46,240 nt of DNA from Cytophagales bacterium (GCA_004294265.1 REAG01000119.1:1-46240); one strand, 5' to 3'; shown: positions 22,261 through 32,056, numbered from the stretch's first letter. The notes: generated by a model not told the origin, from the letters alone. Numbers and translations: made by a program.

Positions 22261-23136
22261 TTATTGACGTTCAAACCCTTTGGATACGAATTTTAATACG
22301 TCTGAAATATGGCTTTTCCAATATTGCCAGTTATGATAACCATCTCTTACTCTGTATTCGTGTGGGATTTCTCTTTCGTTGAGTGCAATATGCAAATAAG
22401 CATTTCCTAGAGTAACAAAATCTTTATCGCCACAATCAAAATACCATCGAACTTTATTTAAAGTATCACTTGGCATTGTCTTCATTAGATATATGACGTT
22501 ATATTTTTTAAAATAATCTAATATTTCTGAATCATTTTTTTTCCCTTTGGGCCAAAATGGTTGTTCGTAATTTTCGCCTCTTTCTTTCAAAACTTGTTGG
22601 TCTGTCCAAAAGGCAGCACTCAAACCAGCACAATAACCAAATAAATTCGGATTTTTGAGGCACATCATAAAAGCACCGTAACCACCCATAGATAGCCCTG
22701 AAATAGCTCTGAATTCTTTTTTTTCTCTAATTTTGAATTCTTTTTCAACAGTTGGCATAAACTCTTGCGTAAACATATCCATCCAACGAACTTTATTATC
22801 AAAACTATTTACATACCAATTTAATTCGCCATTTGGCATCACAATAATCATGGGTGTAATTTCTCCGTTTTTAATGGCATTATCTGCCGCTTTATTCACA
22901 CTTCCAAACTGAACCCATGCGGTTTCATCGTCTGAATATCCGTGAAGTAGGTATAAAACGGGATATTTTCTTGAATTATTTATATCATAATCGGGCGGTA
23001 AATAGATTGAATATCCTACATTTTTTCCAAGTATCTTACTCGAAAGTACTTTGCTTTCAATAACTTTTCCGTTCATTTGAGCAATAGATATAATTGAATA
23101 TAATGTTAAAAATAGTGTAATTTTAATTAATTTCAT
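22261..23136 (-). CDS. Exported alpha/beta-hydrolase esterase (CE1-like)
   Basis: Signal peptide ISIA|Q; YLPPDY, YPVLYLLHG, GLSMGG nucleophile elbow, DCGDKD, GYHNW. Confidence 0.9.
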   Translation of the reverse strand: MKLIKITLFLTLYSIISIAQMNGKVIESKVLSSKILGKNVGYSIYLPPDYDINNSRKYPVLYLLHGYSDDETAWVQFGSVNKAADNAIKNGEITPMIIVMPNGELNWYVNSFDNKVRWMDMFTQEFMPTVEKEFKIREKKEFRAISGLSMGGYGAFMMCLKNPNLFGYCAGLSAAFWTDQQVLKERGENYEQPFWPKGKKNDSEILDYFKKYNVIYLMKTMPSDTLNKVRWYFDCGDKDFVTLGNAYLHIALNEREIPHEYRVRDGYHNWQYWKSHISDVLKFVSKGFERQ

Positions 23137-24364
23137 GGATAGATATAGTTATTTTTTGGTAAGAAAGATTATTTATTTTATAAAAGAAGTAAAATATAAA
23201 TGCAGAAATTATCAAAGTATTAGCTCCTGAAATTATTATCAGTCCTATTTTCAAATTAGATGTTAAATATCCAATGATAATTCCTAATGATGTGCAAAAT
23301 AGTTGAAAAATATTAAAAAATAAACCTAACTTATTTATTTTTAAAATATCTACCAAATAACTAAACGGATTGTAAATCATACGAATTATAAAATAGGGCA
23401 TCAAAATCAGCACATAATTAGGTACTTTAGACCATTGAGAGCTTATTAATGGTAGTCCAAAAACAGAAAACATATATATTGAAATGCCAATAAGTATGGA
23501 TATTGAAGAAATTACTTTAAGATTTTTGTTTGAGTATTTTAATAAATCGTTAAAATTGTTTTCGCTGTAAAAAGTGGCAGCTTTTAAATGATAAACTTTA
23601 CTAAAAGTGCTAGATATAAATAAAATTCCAGCTCCTAAGAGTTTTGAAGCCATAAAATAAATGCCAGTTTGAAAGCTTGAAAAGTAAGTTAAAATTAATA
23701 TAGGGATTGAATTATAAGATAAAACATCTATTAATGTGGACGGAAAACCATACCTAAATAATAATTTATAGTTTTCATACATTTTTTTTATTTTAAAATT
23801 AAGTTTAAAATAATCTTTTTCTATAAAATAGCTTTGGCATAAAAACTGTGCAATCAAGGAAAGCAAATAGCCGATAACAAGTCCATTTTCGATTTCATAA
23901 ATTCCAAAAATATATTGTAAAATAAAAGTAGTAATAGAAATAAATCGCCCAATTACTACCCATTTATATTTGTTATTTTTTATAAAATAATATTCAAAAA
24001 TTTGATTGAAAGAAAAAATAATGACACCTAAAGGATAGATTATTAGATGTGTTTTTTGAGATAAAACACAAAAACTAAGTAAAATAACTGAAAATAATAC
24101 TATTAAAGTAAATACAGTTTGAAAAATTTCTTTGCTTTCATTTTTAGATTTTGCCAAAACGATGGCGTACTCAAAATGCAAAGTTGAAATAATTGAAAGT
24201 ATGGAAATCCAACTTAAAAACGAAGAAAATGTACCAAAATTTTCGGGATGATATATTTTAGCGAGATAAAAAGTAGCTAAAAAAGATATGGATTGTACGA
24301 GAATACTTGCTAATGAAAGTCCTCCTAATGTTTTGAAAGTACTTTTATTAACCATATTTTTCAT
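23123..24364 (-). CDS. Oligosaccharide flippase (Wzx-like) polysaccharide biosynthesis protein
   Basis: Many TM segments; YHPENFG and STLHFEYAIVL motifs typical of Wzx-like proteins; overlaps the asnB end. Confidence 0.8.
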   Translation of the reverse strand: MKNMVNKSTFKTLGGLSLASILVQSISFLATFYLAKIYHPENFGTFSSFLSWISILSIISTLHFEYAIVLAKSKNESKEIFQTVFTLIVLFSVILLSFCVLSQKTHLIIYPLGVIIFSFNQIFEYYFIKNNKYKWVVIGRFISITTFILQYIFGIYEIENGLVIGYLLSLIAQFLCQSYFIEKDYFKLNFKIKKMYENYKLLFRYGFPSTLIDVLSYNSIPILILTYFSSFQTGIYFMASKLLGAGILFISSTFSKVYHLKAATFYSENNFNDLLKYSNKNLKVISSISILIGISIYMFSVFGLPLISSQWSKVPNYVLILMPYFIIRMIYNPFSYLVDILKINKLGLFFNIFQLFCTSLGIIIGYLTSNLKIGLIIISGANTLIISAFIFYFFYKINNLSYQKITISIHEIN

Positions 24365-26180
24365 ACATTTTAGTAATACTCATTAAATTAAAAGTTGTTT
24401 TTAAATTTTTTAAAGATTCAAATTTTTTATTTATTTTAATATCAGCTTTTGTATATAATAATTTTGACATATAGTTTGAATTCAATCCTTTTTTGGGTAG
24501 CGCAAAAATTTCAGGTGCTAATTTTTGTTTTGCAAAATTCCTTAAATAAGGTTTTGTTTGGGATGAAATGCTATCAAAAATACTTTCAAAATGGAATAAT
24601 TCTTGCATAAAATGTCCTTCAATGAACGGAGAACGCATTTCTTGCGAAAATTTCATACTTGCATGATCGTTTCGTAAGGCATGATGACAACTAATATAAT
24701 AGTAAATATCAAACAGACTATATTGTTTGAGAATAGGTAAGTGTTTAAAATTTGGCATCATTTGCATTAATTTGTCAATCAAAAACTCAAAAGGGTGTTC
24801 CCAAGATTGACTTTCAGTTTCAAAAATCTTTTTTAAATCATCCCAATCGTACATACTTCGTTTCAAAAATGGAATTATTAAATATCCAAATTTATGAAAG
24901 TCGTTTATTTTATTTTTTTTATTAAATAAAAATGAAAAATTACTAATAATAGGGGTTATTTTAGATGCTAGTTTATAATTTTGTGCAGAGCTGTAATATT
25001 CGTAACCGCCAAATATTTCATCTAATCCTAAACCAGAAAATATTACTTTTGATTGAAGTTGAGAAGCTTTTTTTGATAAAAAATATGCGGGTTCTGGAGC
25101 TTCATTTGGTTGGTCCTCATAAGTGAGTAAAGTTTCCAAATCGAAATCTTCAAAATTAGTGGTTTCCAGTTTTAAACCTGCATAAATAGCATTGGTAAAT
25201 GCTGAATTTAATTCATTTTCTTTGTCATTCTTATCGCCAAGAGTAATGGCAATTATCTGATTATCAAACTTTTGTAAATAATAAGCCAATAATCCTGAGT
25301 CAATACCTCCGCTAAGCATGAGTGTTTTTTGAGGTGTACCTGTGAGGTGCGATTGAATGGTTTCTGAAATAATATTTTCAAAATTACTGGTATTTAATCG
25401 TTCTTTTTTTGCTTCATATTTCCAATTCCAAAAAGGTGTTATTTGGGTTTTAAAATTTCTAATATTAATATCAAGTTTATGTCCAGGTTCTAAACTTTTT
25501 ATATTTTTATAAATGGTTAAAGGTGATGGACAAGTACCTAAATACATGCTAAATGCCAATGCTTTTGAATCTAATATTCCTAAACCAGATTGGAGAGGAA
25601 ATAAACCTTTTATTTCTGATGAAAAAATGAATTTATTACCTAAAATAGCATAGAAAAATGGCTTTTGTCCTGTTGCATCTCGCCATGATTTGATATTTCC
25701 ATTTGAAATATCAAAAACTACAATCGAAAACATACCTTTTAAATGATTAATAAAGTCATCTCCTAAAATTAGATAAAGTTTAAAACCTAATTCTGTGTCG
25801 GTTTCCGATACAAACAAATCATTTTTAGAAAAGTATTTTTCTTTTAATAATTTATAGTTGTAAATCTCTCCAACCATCATAAATAGTATATTGGTTTGCG
25901 AGTCATAAAATGGTTGCATGCCATTATTTGATTCATCTACGATTGAAAGTCGTGAAAATCCAATCCAATTTTTTGATTCTCGATTGTGTTGATGATCAGG
26001 ATATTTACTTTTGGAAAATGCAGATGAAAGCTCTGTAGTTCTAAAAAAAGGTGTGTTGTTTTCTGAAATTCCTACTAATATTTGGTCATCTGGACCTCTG
26101 TGTTTAATTTCAGATAGTGACTTTTCAATAAACGAAAAATTTAAGGGTTCGATTGAGAAAACACCTGAGAATCCGCACAT
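24348..26180 (-). CDS. asnB: Asparagine synthase (glutamine-hydrolysing) family amidotransferase
   Basis: N-terminal MCG, HRGPD, RLSIVD, GEIYNY, FSSEIK, LSGGIDS, DEIFGGY motifs; probably acts on surface polysaccharide given its neighbour. Confidence 0.9.
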   Translation of the reverse strand: MCGFSGVFSIEPLNFSFIEKSLSEIKHRGPDDQILVGISENNTPFFRTTELSSAFSKSKYPDHQHNRESKNWIGFSRLSIVDESNNGMQPFYDSQTNILFMMVGEIYNYKLLKEKYFSKNDLFVSETDTELGFKLYLILGDDFINHLKGMFSIVVFDISNGNIKSWRDATGQKPFFYAILGNKFIFSSEIKGLFPLQSGLGILDSKALAFSMYLGTCPSPLTIYKNIKSLEPGHKLDINIRNFKTQITPFWNWKYEAKKERLNTSNFENIISETIQSHLTGTPQKTLMLSGGIDSGLLAYYLQKFDNQIIAITLGDKNDKENELNSAFTNAIYAGLKLETTNFEDFDLETLLTYEDQPNEAPEPAYFLSKKASQLQSKVIFSGLGLDEIFGGYEYYSSAQNYKLASKITPIISNFSFLFNKKNKINDFHKFGYLIIPFLKRSMYDWDDLKKIFETESQSWEHPFEFLIDKLMQMMPNFKHLPILKQYSLFDIYYYISCHHALRNDHASMKFSQEMRSPFIEGHFMQELFHFESIFDSISSQTKPYLRNFAKQKLAPEIFALPKKGLNSNYMSKLLYTKADIKINKKFESLKNLKTTFNLMSITKMYEKYG

Positions 26181-26713
26181 TTTGGTATTTTAATTATTAA
26201 AATATTAAAAATAGATTAATTTATTATATTTTTATACTGGAGTCCGACAATAAACTATTCTAATAACAACTCTAAGAATAGTAAATTTTTAAAAATATAG
26301 GTATAAATTATAAACACCTATACTTAATGTTTCGTTTTTATACAAAAATTAACATTATGTAGCAAATATCTAAAGAATTTAATTCTGCTGAACTAATTAT
26401 TGGATAATTATTTTTCATTTCGCTCTTGATATTTTTACAAAAGTATTTTTTCTTACATTATCTGGTATTGGGTTTTAAAAAATGACTTCAAAAGTTTATT
26501 TTATATTGAGTCCAATAATTATTTTCTATTAAATTTTAAGAAAGACCCTTCTTATTTACCCAAATGGTAAAAGTTATAAAGGAACTTGTAATTATTAATT
26601 AGACTTTATACATTTATTTGTTTATTGCTTTTTAAATTTCCATTTTTATCAATTTTAATTCAATTTTCTATCCTAAAAAAAAAAATGTAATTTAGCATCC
26701 AAATTATTTTATA

Positions 26714-29700
26714 ATGAGCGAATACAAACCACAAGAGATAGAGAAGAAATGGCAAAAAGTATGGAAGGATAACCAAACTTTCAAAACCGAATTTCCATCA
26801 AAAAAGCCTAAATATTATGTTTTAGATATGTTTCCCTATCCCTCAGGTGCAGGTTTGCATGTGGGGCATCCGCTTGGATATATCGCTACCGATATTGTAG
26901 CTCGTTATAAAAGACTCAAAGGATACAATGTACTTCATCCGATGGGATACGATTCTTTCGGTCTTCCTGCCGAACAGTATGCGGTGCAAACTGGGCAGCA
27001 TCCTGCTATCACTACCGAAAATAATATTGCTCGTTATCATGAGCAATTAGATAATATAGGATTCAGTTACGATTGGAGCCGAGAAGTTAGAACCTCAAAT
27101 CCTGATTTTTACAAATGGACACAATGGATTTTTGTCAAAATATTCAACTATTGGTACAATAAAGAAAGCGACAAAGCCGAACCTATCGAAATACTTTACC
27201 AAAAGTTTGCTGAAAATGGAAATGCAAAAGTAAAAGCCGTTTGTGATGAGGATATTAAATCCTTTACAGCTCAAGAATGGAATGCCTATTCAGAAGAACA
27301 AAAACATGAAATCTCGCTTAAATACAGATTAGCATATCTTTCTAATACTTTTGTGAATTGGTGTCCAGGTTTAGGTACTGTACTTGCCAATGAAGAAGTA
27401 AAAGATGGCGTTTCCGAACGTGGTGGATTTCCTGTCGAACGTAAAGAAATGGCTCAATGGAGTATGCGAATTACTGCCTATGCCGAACGTTTGTTGAGTG
27501 ATTTAGACGGCTTAGATTGGTCGGATTCTATCAAAGAACAACAACGCTATTGGATTGGAAAGTCAAAAGGATGTATGCTTACTTTTCAAATTGCAGATCT
27601 TTCAAGTTTTAAAAATTTGGAAGGTCTAAAAAACGCGACAGCAACTCCCCCTTCGGGGGGTGGGGGGCTTAGTGTTTTCACCACACGTGTAGATACGATA
27701 TATGGTGTAACCTATCTTACGCTTGCTCCAGAGCATGAATTGGTAGATAAAATCACTACGCCAGAGCAAAAAGCTAAGGTAGATGCTTATGTACATTATG
27801 CTAAAAATAAATCCGAATTAGATAGACAAGCCGATGTGAAAACTGTAACCGGAGAATTTACAGGTGCTTATGCCATCAATCCTTTGAACAATGCTTTGAT
27901 TCCTATTTGGATAGGCGAATATGTGTTGGCTGGCTATGGAACAGGAGCTGTAATGGCTGTACCAAGCTCTGATACTAGAGATTATGCTTTTGCCAAACAT
28001 TTCAATCTTCCTATTATTAATGTACAAGAAGGAGAAAAAACAGACATTACTAAAGAAGATTTTGACCCCAAAGCGGGCACAATGATAAATTCTGATTTCT
28101 TAAATGGAATGGATGTGAAATCTGCTCTTGAAGCCATGACCAAACGTGTAGAGGAACTTGGAGTGGGATATGGAAAAGTGAATTTTAAAATAAGAGATAG
28201 CATTTTTAGCCGTCAACGCTATTGGGGAGAACCTATTCCGGTCTATTTCAAAAATGGATTGCCTTACACTTTAGATGAGTCGCAGCTTCCGTTGGAATTA
28301 CCTAAAATAGATGAATATAAGCCAACTGCGAACGGAGAGCCTCCATTGGCTAGAGCGAAGAATTGGGTAGCCAGTTCCCCTCCCCTTGGGGAGGGGATAG
28401 GGGTGGGGTTAAATTCACAATTACAAAACGCAAATTTACCATCTTGGCAAACCACAGATGCTATTAAGTGGAAAGCTATTAAAGAAAAAGCAAGGGAATT
28501 GCGAAAAAATCAAACGGATGCCGAACAGACTTTGTGGTATGCTTTAAGAGGTGAGCAACTTGGTGTTAAGTTCAGACGTCAGCAGGTTATTGATGTGTTT
28601 ATTGCAGATTTTGTTAATTTGAATACTAAATTAATCATAGAAGTTGATGGAGGAATTCATCTCGATTCAGATGTAAAAAAATATGATGAATATCGTACCG
28701 AAGTTTTACGGAATTTGGGATATACGGTAGTTCGATTTACAAATGAAGAAGTAGAAAATGATCTTGATAGTGTTGTAGAAAAGATCAGAAGTAAAATTTC
28801 TGAGTTGCCCAAATTGAACCCAATTTTTGCAAATTCTCAAAAGATCCCACCCCTAACCCCTCCCCAAGGGGAGGGGAACTACCCCCTCGAAACCTCCACC
28901 ATGCCAGGTTGGGCAGGTTCTTCTTGGTATTTTTTAAGGTATATGGATGCCAAAAACGAATCTGAATTTGCTTCAAAGGATGCTTTAGACTATTGGCAAG
29001 ATGTAGATTTGTATTTGGGAGGAAGCGAACATGCCACAGGACATTTGCTTTATTCTCGTTTTTGGCATAAATTTTTATACGATTTAGGGTATGTAAAAAC
29101 CAAAGAATATGCTAAGAAACTGATTAATCAAGGGATGATTCAGGGTAGAAGCAATTTAGTTTATCGTATTAATGGAGAGAATAAATTCGTTTCTTTTGGT
29201 TTAAAAGCTAAATATGAAACAACTGAATTTAATGTTGATGTAAATATTGTAGAAAATGATATTCTTGATATTGAAAAATTCAAAAACTGGAGAGAAGACT
29301 TAAAAGATGCTCAGTTTATTCTTGAAGATAAAGAAGGTAAAGCCCTCTCCTTCGGGGAGGGTTTGGGTGGGGCTTACATTTGCGGACATCAAGTCGAAAA
29401 AATGTCTAAATCGTTGTATAACGTAGTCAATCCCGATGATGTAGTTTCAAAATATGGAGCAGATACTTTACGTATGTACGAAATGTTTTTGGGTCCACTC
29501 GAACTTTCAAAACCTTGGAGTACAATTAGCATCAGCGGAGTGAGTCGCTTTTTAAGAAATGTATGGAAAATGTTTTACGATGAAAGTGGCAAACTTTTGC
29601 TTACCGATGAAGCTCCAAACGACAAGGAATTAAAAGTATTACACAAAACCATCAAAAAAGTAGAAGAAGATATTGAGCGTTTTTCATTTAATACTTCGGT

Positions 29701-30082
29701 GAGTACTTTTATGGTATGTGTAAACGAACTTTCAGATTTGAAATGCCACAAAAGAACTATTTTGAGCGATTTTCTAATCATTCTAGCACCTTATGCCCCA
29801 CACATAGCCGAAGAATTGTGGGAAGCGATGGGCAACAAAAACGGAATTTCTTATGCTACATTCCCAAAATATGATGAAAAATATTTGGTAGAATCTAGTT
29901 TTGAATATCCAATTTCTATCAATGGAAAAGTACGTCATAAAATGAATTTCCCTGCCAATATGGACTTAAAAGAAGTTGAAAATCAGGCTTTAGCGAGTGC
30001 TGAAATCATCAAATGGCTCGAAGGAAAAGCTCCTAAAAAAGTAATTGTAGTTCCTAATAAAATTGTGAATGTGGTTTTGTAG
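26714..30082 (+). CDS. leuS: Leucine--tRNA ligase enlarged by an in-frame DUF559 domain and short palindromic inserts
   Basis: [14 protein letters not shown] (HIGH), FTTRVDT and [11 protein letters not shown] (editing domain), [22 protein letters not shown]; single open frame of 1122 aa. Confidence 0.97.
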   Translation: MSEYKPQEIEKKWQKVWKDNQTFKTEFPSKKPKYYVLDMFPYPSGAGLHVGHPLGYIATDIVARYKRLKGYNVLHPMGYDSFGLPAEQYAVQTGQHPAITTENNIARYHEQLDNIGFSYDWSREVRTSNPDFYKWTQWIFVKIFNYWYNKESDKAEPIEILYQKFAENGNAKVKAVCDEDIKSFTAQEWNAYSEEQKHEISLKYRLAYLSNTFVNWCPGLGTVLANEEVKDGVSERGGFPVERKEMAQWSMRITAYAERLLSDLDGLDWSDSIKEQQRYWIGKSKGCMLTFQIADLSSFKNLEGLKNATATPPSGGGGLSVFTTRVDTIYGVTYLTLAPEHELVDKITTPEQKAKVDAYVHYAKNKSELDRQADVKTVTGEFTGAYAINPLNNALIPIWIGEYVLAGYGTGAVMAVPSSDTRDYAFAKHFNLPIINVQEGEKTDITKEDFDPKAGTMINSDFLNGMDVKSALEAMTKRVEELGVGYGKVNFKIRDSIFSRQRYWGEPIPVYFKNGLPYTLDESQLPLELPKIDEYKPTANGEPPLARAKNWVASSPPLGEGIGVGLNSQLQNANLPSWQTTDAIKWKAIKEKARELRKNQTDAEQTLWYALRGEQLGVKFRRQQVIDVFIADFVNLNTKLIIEVDGGIHLDSDVKKYDEYRTEVLRNLGYTVVRFTNEEVENDLDSVVEKIRSKISELPKLNPIFANSQKIPPLTPPQGEGNYPLETSTMPGWAGSSWYFLRYMDAKNESEFASKDALDYWQDVDLYLGGSEHATGHLLYSRFWHKFLYDLGYVKTKEYAKKLINQGMIQGRSNLVYRINGENKFVSFGLKAKYETTEFNVDVNIVENDILDIEKFKNWREDLKDAQFILEDKEGKALSFGEGLGGAYICGHQVEKMSKSLYNVVNPDDVVSKYGADTLRMYEMFLGPLELSKPWSTISISGVSRFLRNVWKMFYDESGKLLLTDEAPNDKELKVLHKTIKKVEEDIERFSFNTSVSTFMVCVNELSDLKCHKRTILSDFLIILAPYAPHIAEELWEAMGNKNGISYATFPKYDEKYLVESSFEYPISINGKVRHKMNFPANMDLKEVENQALASAEIIKWLEGKAPKKVIVVPNKIVNVVL
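27595..27627. repeat. 33-nt REP-like palindrome in frame within leuS (encodes [11 protein letters not shown])
   Basis: AGATCTTTCAAGTTTT-A-AAAATTTGGAAGGTCT; 13 Watson-Crick and 3 G-T pairs. Confidence 0.8.
27645..27669. repeat. Short GC-rich hairpin with G tail in frame within leuS (encodes TPPSGGGGL)
   Basis: CTCCCCCTTCGGGGGGTGGGGGGCT, extreme GC outlier in an AT-rich window. Confidence 0.7.
28373..28880 (+). mobile_element. Putative mobile cassette: DUF559 endonuclease domain between 35-bp inverted repeats, in frame in leuS
   Basis: Left arm 28373-28407 and right arm 28846-28880 are reverse complements at 34/35 nt; 28481-28786 encodes [40 protein letters not shown]...GY.V.RF.N; mobility is inferred. 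Confidence 0.75.
29342..29374. repeat. 33-nt hairpin with G tail in frame within leuS (encodes [11 protein letters not shown])
   Basis: GCCCTCTCC-TTC-GGGGAGGG-TTTGGGTGGGGCT; same layout as the DUF559-flanking arms. Confidence 0.8.
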
Positions 30083-30090
30083 AATGATTG

Positions 30091-30122
30091 TTTGTTATTT
30101 TTAATAGAAATAATTAAATTTG
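30091..30122 (+). promoter_or_regulatory. Bacteroidota promoter for the 30145 gene
   Basis: TTTG (30091-30094), 20-nt spacer, TAAATTTG (30115-30122). Confidence 0.7.
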
Positions 30123-30144
30123 AGTTTGAAAGTAAAAAAATATA

Positions 30145-30699
30145 ATGGCTGAATTAACTTACGAGGGTGTATTAGAACTTTTTGCTGAAACTAGCAGGAA
30201 AATGGCAGAAAGTGATAAAAAAATTGATAAAATAAATCGTGAACTCAGCAAAAAACTATCTGAGTTTGGAGATACTCTTGGTAGATTTGCAGAAGAGCAA
30301 GTACGAGCAGATATTTTAAATCGATTTGATAATTGGGGAATTCCTGTTCACTCAATTACAAACCATTTTGAACAGAGAGATATGCAAAATAATTTTGCCT
30401 ATGAAATTGATATTTTAATTTATAATTCAAAATATGTTGTTGCGATTGAAGTCAAAAATACATTAAAAAAAGATGACGTAGATTTACATTTGGAAAGGAT
30501 GAAAAAAATTCAAGCTATTCCGTTTCCAGATTCAAAAGGAAAAATTCTTTTGGCAGGCGTTGCAGGTATGATTGTGGGCAATGGCGTTGATCAATATGCT
30601 GAATCAAACGGACTTTTTGTCTTAAAACCAAGCGGAGAAACAATAAAAATAGCTAATAATAAAAAAACTTTCAAACCTAGAGAGTGGGAAGTAAAGTAA
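30145..30699 (+). CDS. Coiled-coil + PD-(D/E)XK nuclease-fold protein (DUF3782-like)
   Basis: Helical N-terminus, then LGRFAEE, EIDILI and AIEVK, an E..D..ExK pattern. Confidence 0.65.
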   Translation: MAELTYEGVLELFAETSRKMAESDKKIDKINRELSKKLSEFGDTLGRFAEEQVRADILNRFDNWGIPVHSITNHFEQRDMQNNFAYEIDILIYNSKYVVAIEVKNTLKKDDVDLHLERMKKIQAIPFPDSKGKILLAGVAGMIVGNGVDQYAESNGLFVLKPSGETIKIANNKKTFKPREWEVK

Positions 30700-30724
30700 T
30701 AAATATGTTTTTTTATTAAAAACA

Positions 30725-31870
30725 TTATAACCTCGCTTTATACTCCTCGTAACCAAAAGATTTGATAAGTTCAAAAGTATTATTTTCTTTCCAAATTCCA
30801 ATATTTGGCAAATTTACGCCATTAAAAGTAGTGGTTTTTACCATGGTGTAGTGCATCATATCTTCAAAAACGATGATATCGCCTTCTTTTAGAGGTTTTT
30901 TGAATGAATATGGTCCCATATAATCACCAGCAAGGCAGGTTAATCCACCCATTAAATACACATTTTCTCCTTTATTATTACTTTCTGCATCGGTTATTTT
31001 TGCTGTATAGGGCATTTCTATACAATCGGGCATGTGAGCTGAAACTGAACAATCCAAAATGGCAACTTCTTTTCCGCCACTTTCCACTACATCCAAAACT
31101 TTGGAAACCAAATAACCCGTTTGCCAGCCAAATGCTGAGCCTGGCTCTAAAATAATTTCTTTGATATTAGGATACTTTTTATAAACTGATTGTATAAACT
31201 CAATTAAATGATTGTGATCGTAGCCTTTTTTGGTCATTAAATGTCCGCCACCCATATTGAACCACGATATTTGAGTAAGTAAATGCGAAAAGTTTTTTTC
31301 AATTTCTAACCAAGTTCTTTCTAATGCATAACTGTCTTTTTCACATAAATTATGCATGTGTAAACCTTCAATTCCTTCAGGTAAGTTTTTGTCAAAATGT
31401 TGAATAGTTACACCCAATCTCGAACCAGGAATGCACGGATTGTAAAGATCAGTTTCTACTTCCGAATATTCAGGATTGATACGAATGGCACAAGATATTT
31501 TTTTGGTATTTTGCGATATTTTACCTTTAAATTTATTCCATTGAGCAATAGAATTAAATGTAATATGTCCACAATGTTGCATCATTTCTTCAAATTCTTT
31601 GTCGAGATAAGCTACATTATAGGCATGAACTTCTCCACCAAATTCCAATGCTCCTAAACGAGCTTCGTTGAGCGAACTTGCCGTAGTGCCAGGCACATAA
31701 TGCTTTACAAGTCCAAAAGAGCTATACATCGAAAATCCTTTGAGTGCTAAAATTATTTTTGCACCCGATTTTTGAGCAATCGATTGAATTAGTTCTAGGT
31801 TTTTTCTCAACAATTTTTCGTCTAACAAAAAGCAAGGCGAAGGAATGGTTTCAAAAGGAATTTTAGACAT
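30725..31870 (-). CDS. nspC: Carboxynorspermidine decarboxylase
   Basis: LALKGF, TASSLNEA, RINPEYS, YNPC..GSRLG, NMGGGH, HMPDCIEMPY, CLAGD, HYTMVKTTTFNG motifs. Confidence 0.95.
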   Translation of the reverse strand: MSKIPFETIPSPCFLLDEKLLRKNLELIQSIAQKSGAKIILALKGFSMYSSFGLVKHYVPGTTASSLNEARLGALEFGGEVHAYNVAYLDKEFEEMMQHCGHITFNSIAQWNKFKGKISQNTKKISCAIRINPEYSEVETDLYNPCIPGSRLGVTIQHFDKNLPEGIEGLHMHNLCEKDSYALERTWLEIEKNFSHLLTQISWFNMGGGHLMTKKGYDHNHLIEFIQSVYKKYPNIKEIILEPGSAFGWQTGYLVSKVLDVVESGGKEVAILDCSVSAHMPDCIEMPYTAKITDAESNNKGENVYLMGGLTCLAGDYMGPYSFKKPLKEGDIIVFEDMMHYTMVKTTTFNGVNLPNIGIWKENNTFELIKSFGYEEYKARL

Positions 31871-32056
31871 TTTTATCTTTAATTTATTAATGGTTTTAAA
31901 ACTTAATTTATAGAATATTTTGTTTTGGGTAATTTAAAATTGATTTTTGAAGGATAATGTAAATCGTAAGTTTAAATTCAATTGAAATTATATGATTTTT
32001 AAATATTTCGTAATATTCATTTTTTAAATATTTTATGGCATAACAAAACAGTTCAA

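Noticed and set aside
26675-26695. A11 tract before a TAATTTAG -7-like box as a phase-variable leuS promoter
   Set aside because: Long A/T runs are frequent here, the box has a mismatch, and phase variation of an essential gene is unlikely
28373-28880. Intein or self-splicing intron in leuS
   Set aside because: No Hint-domain blocks; the insert ends GN|Y rather than HN|C/S/T; almost all of it is nuclease coding sequence, leaving no room for a ribozyme core
28373-28880. Classical IS element
   Set aside because: Only 508 bp, no DDE or HUH transposase motif, and no clear target-site duplication
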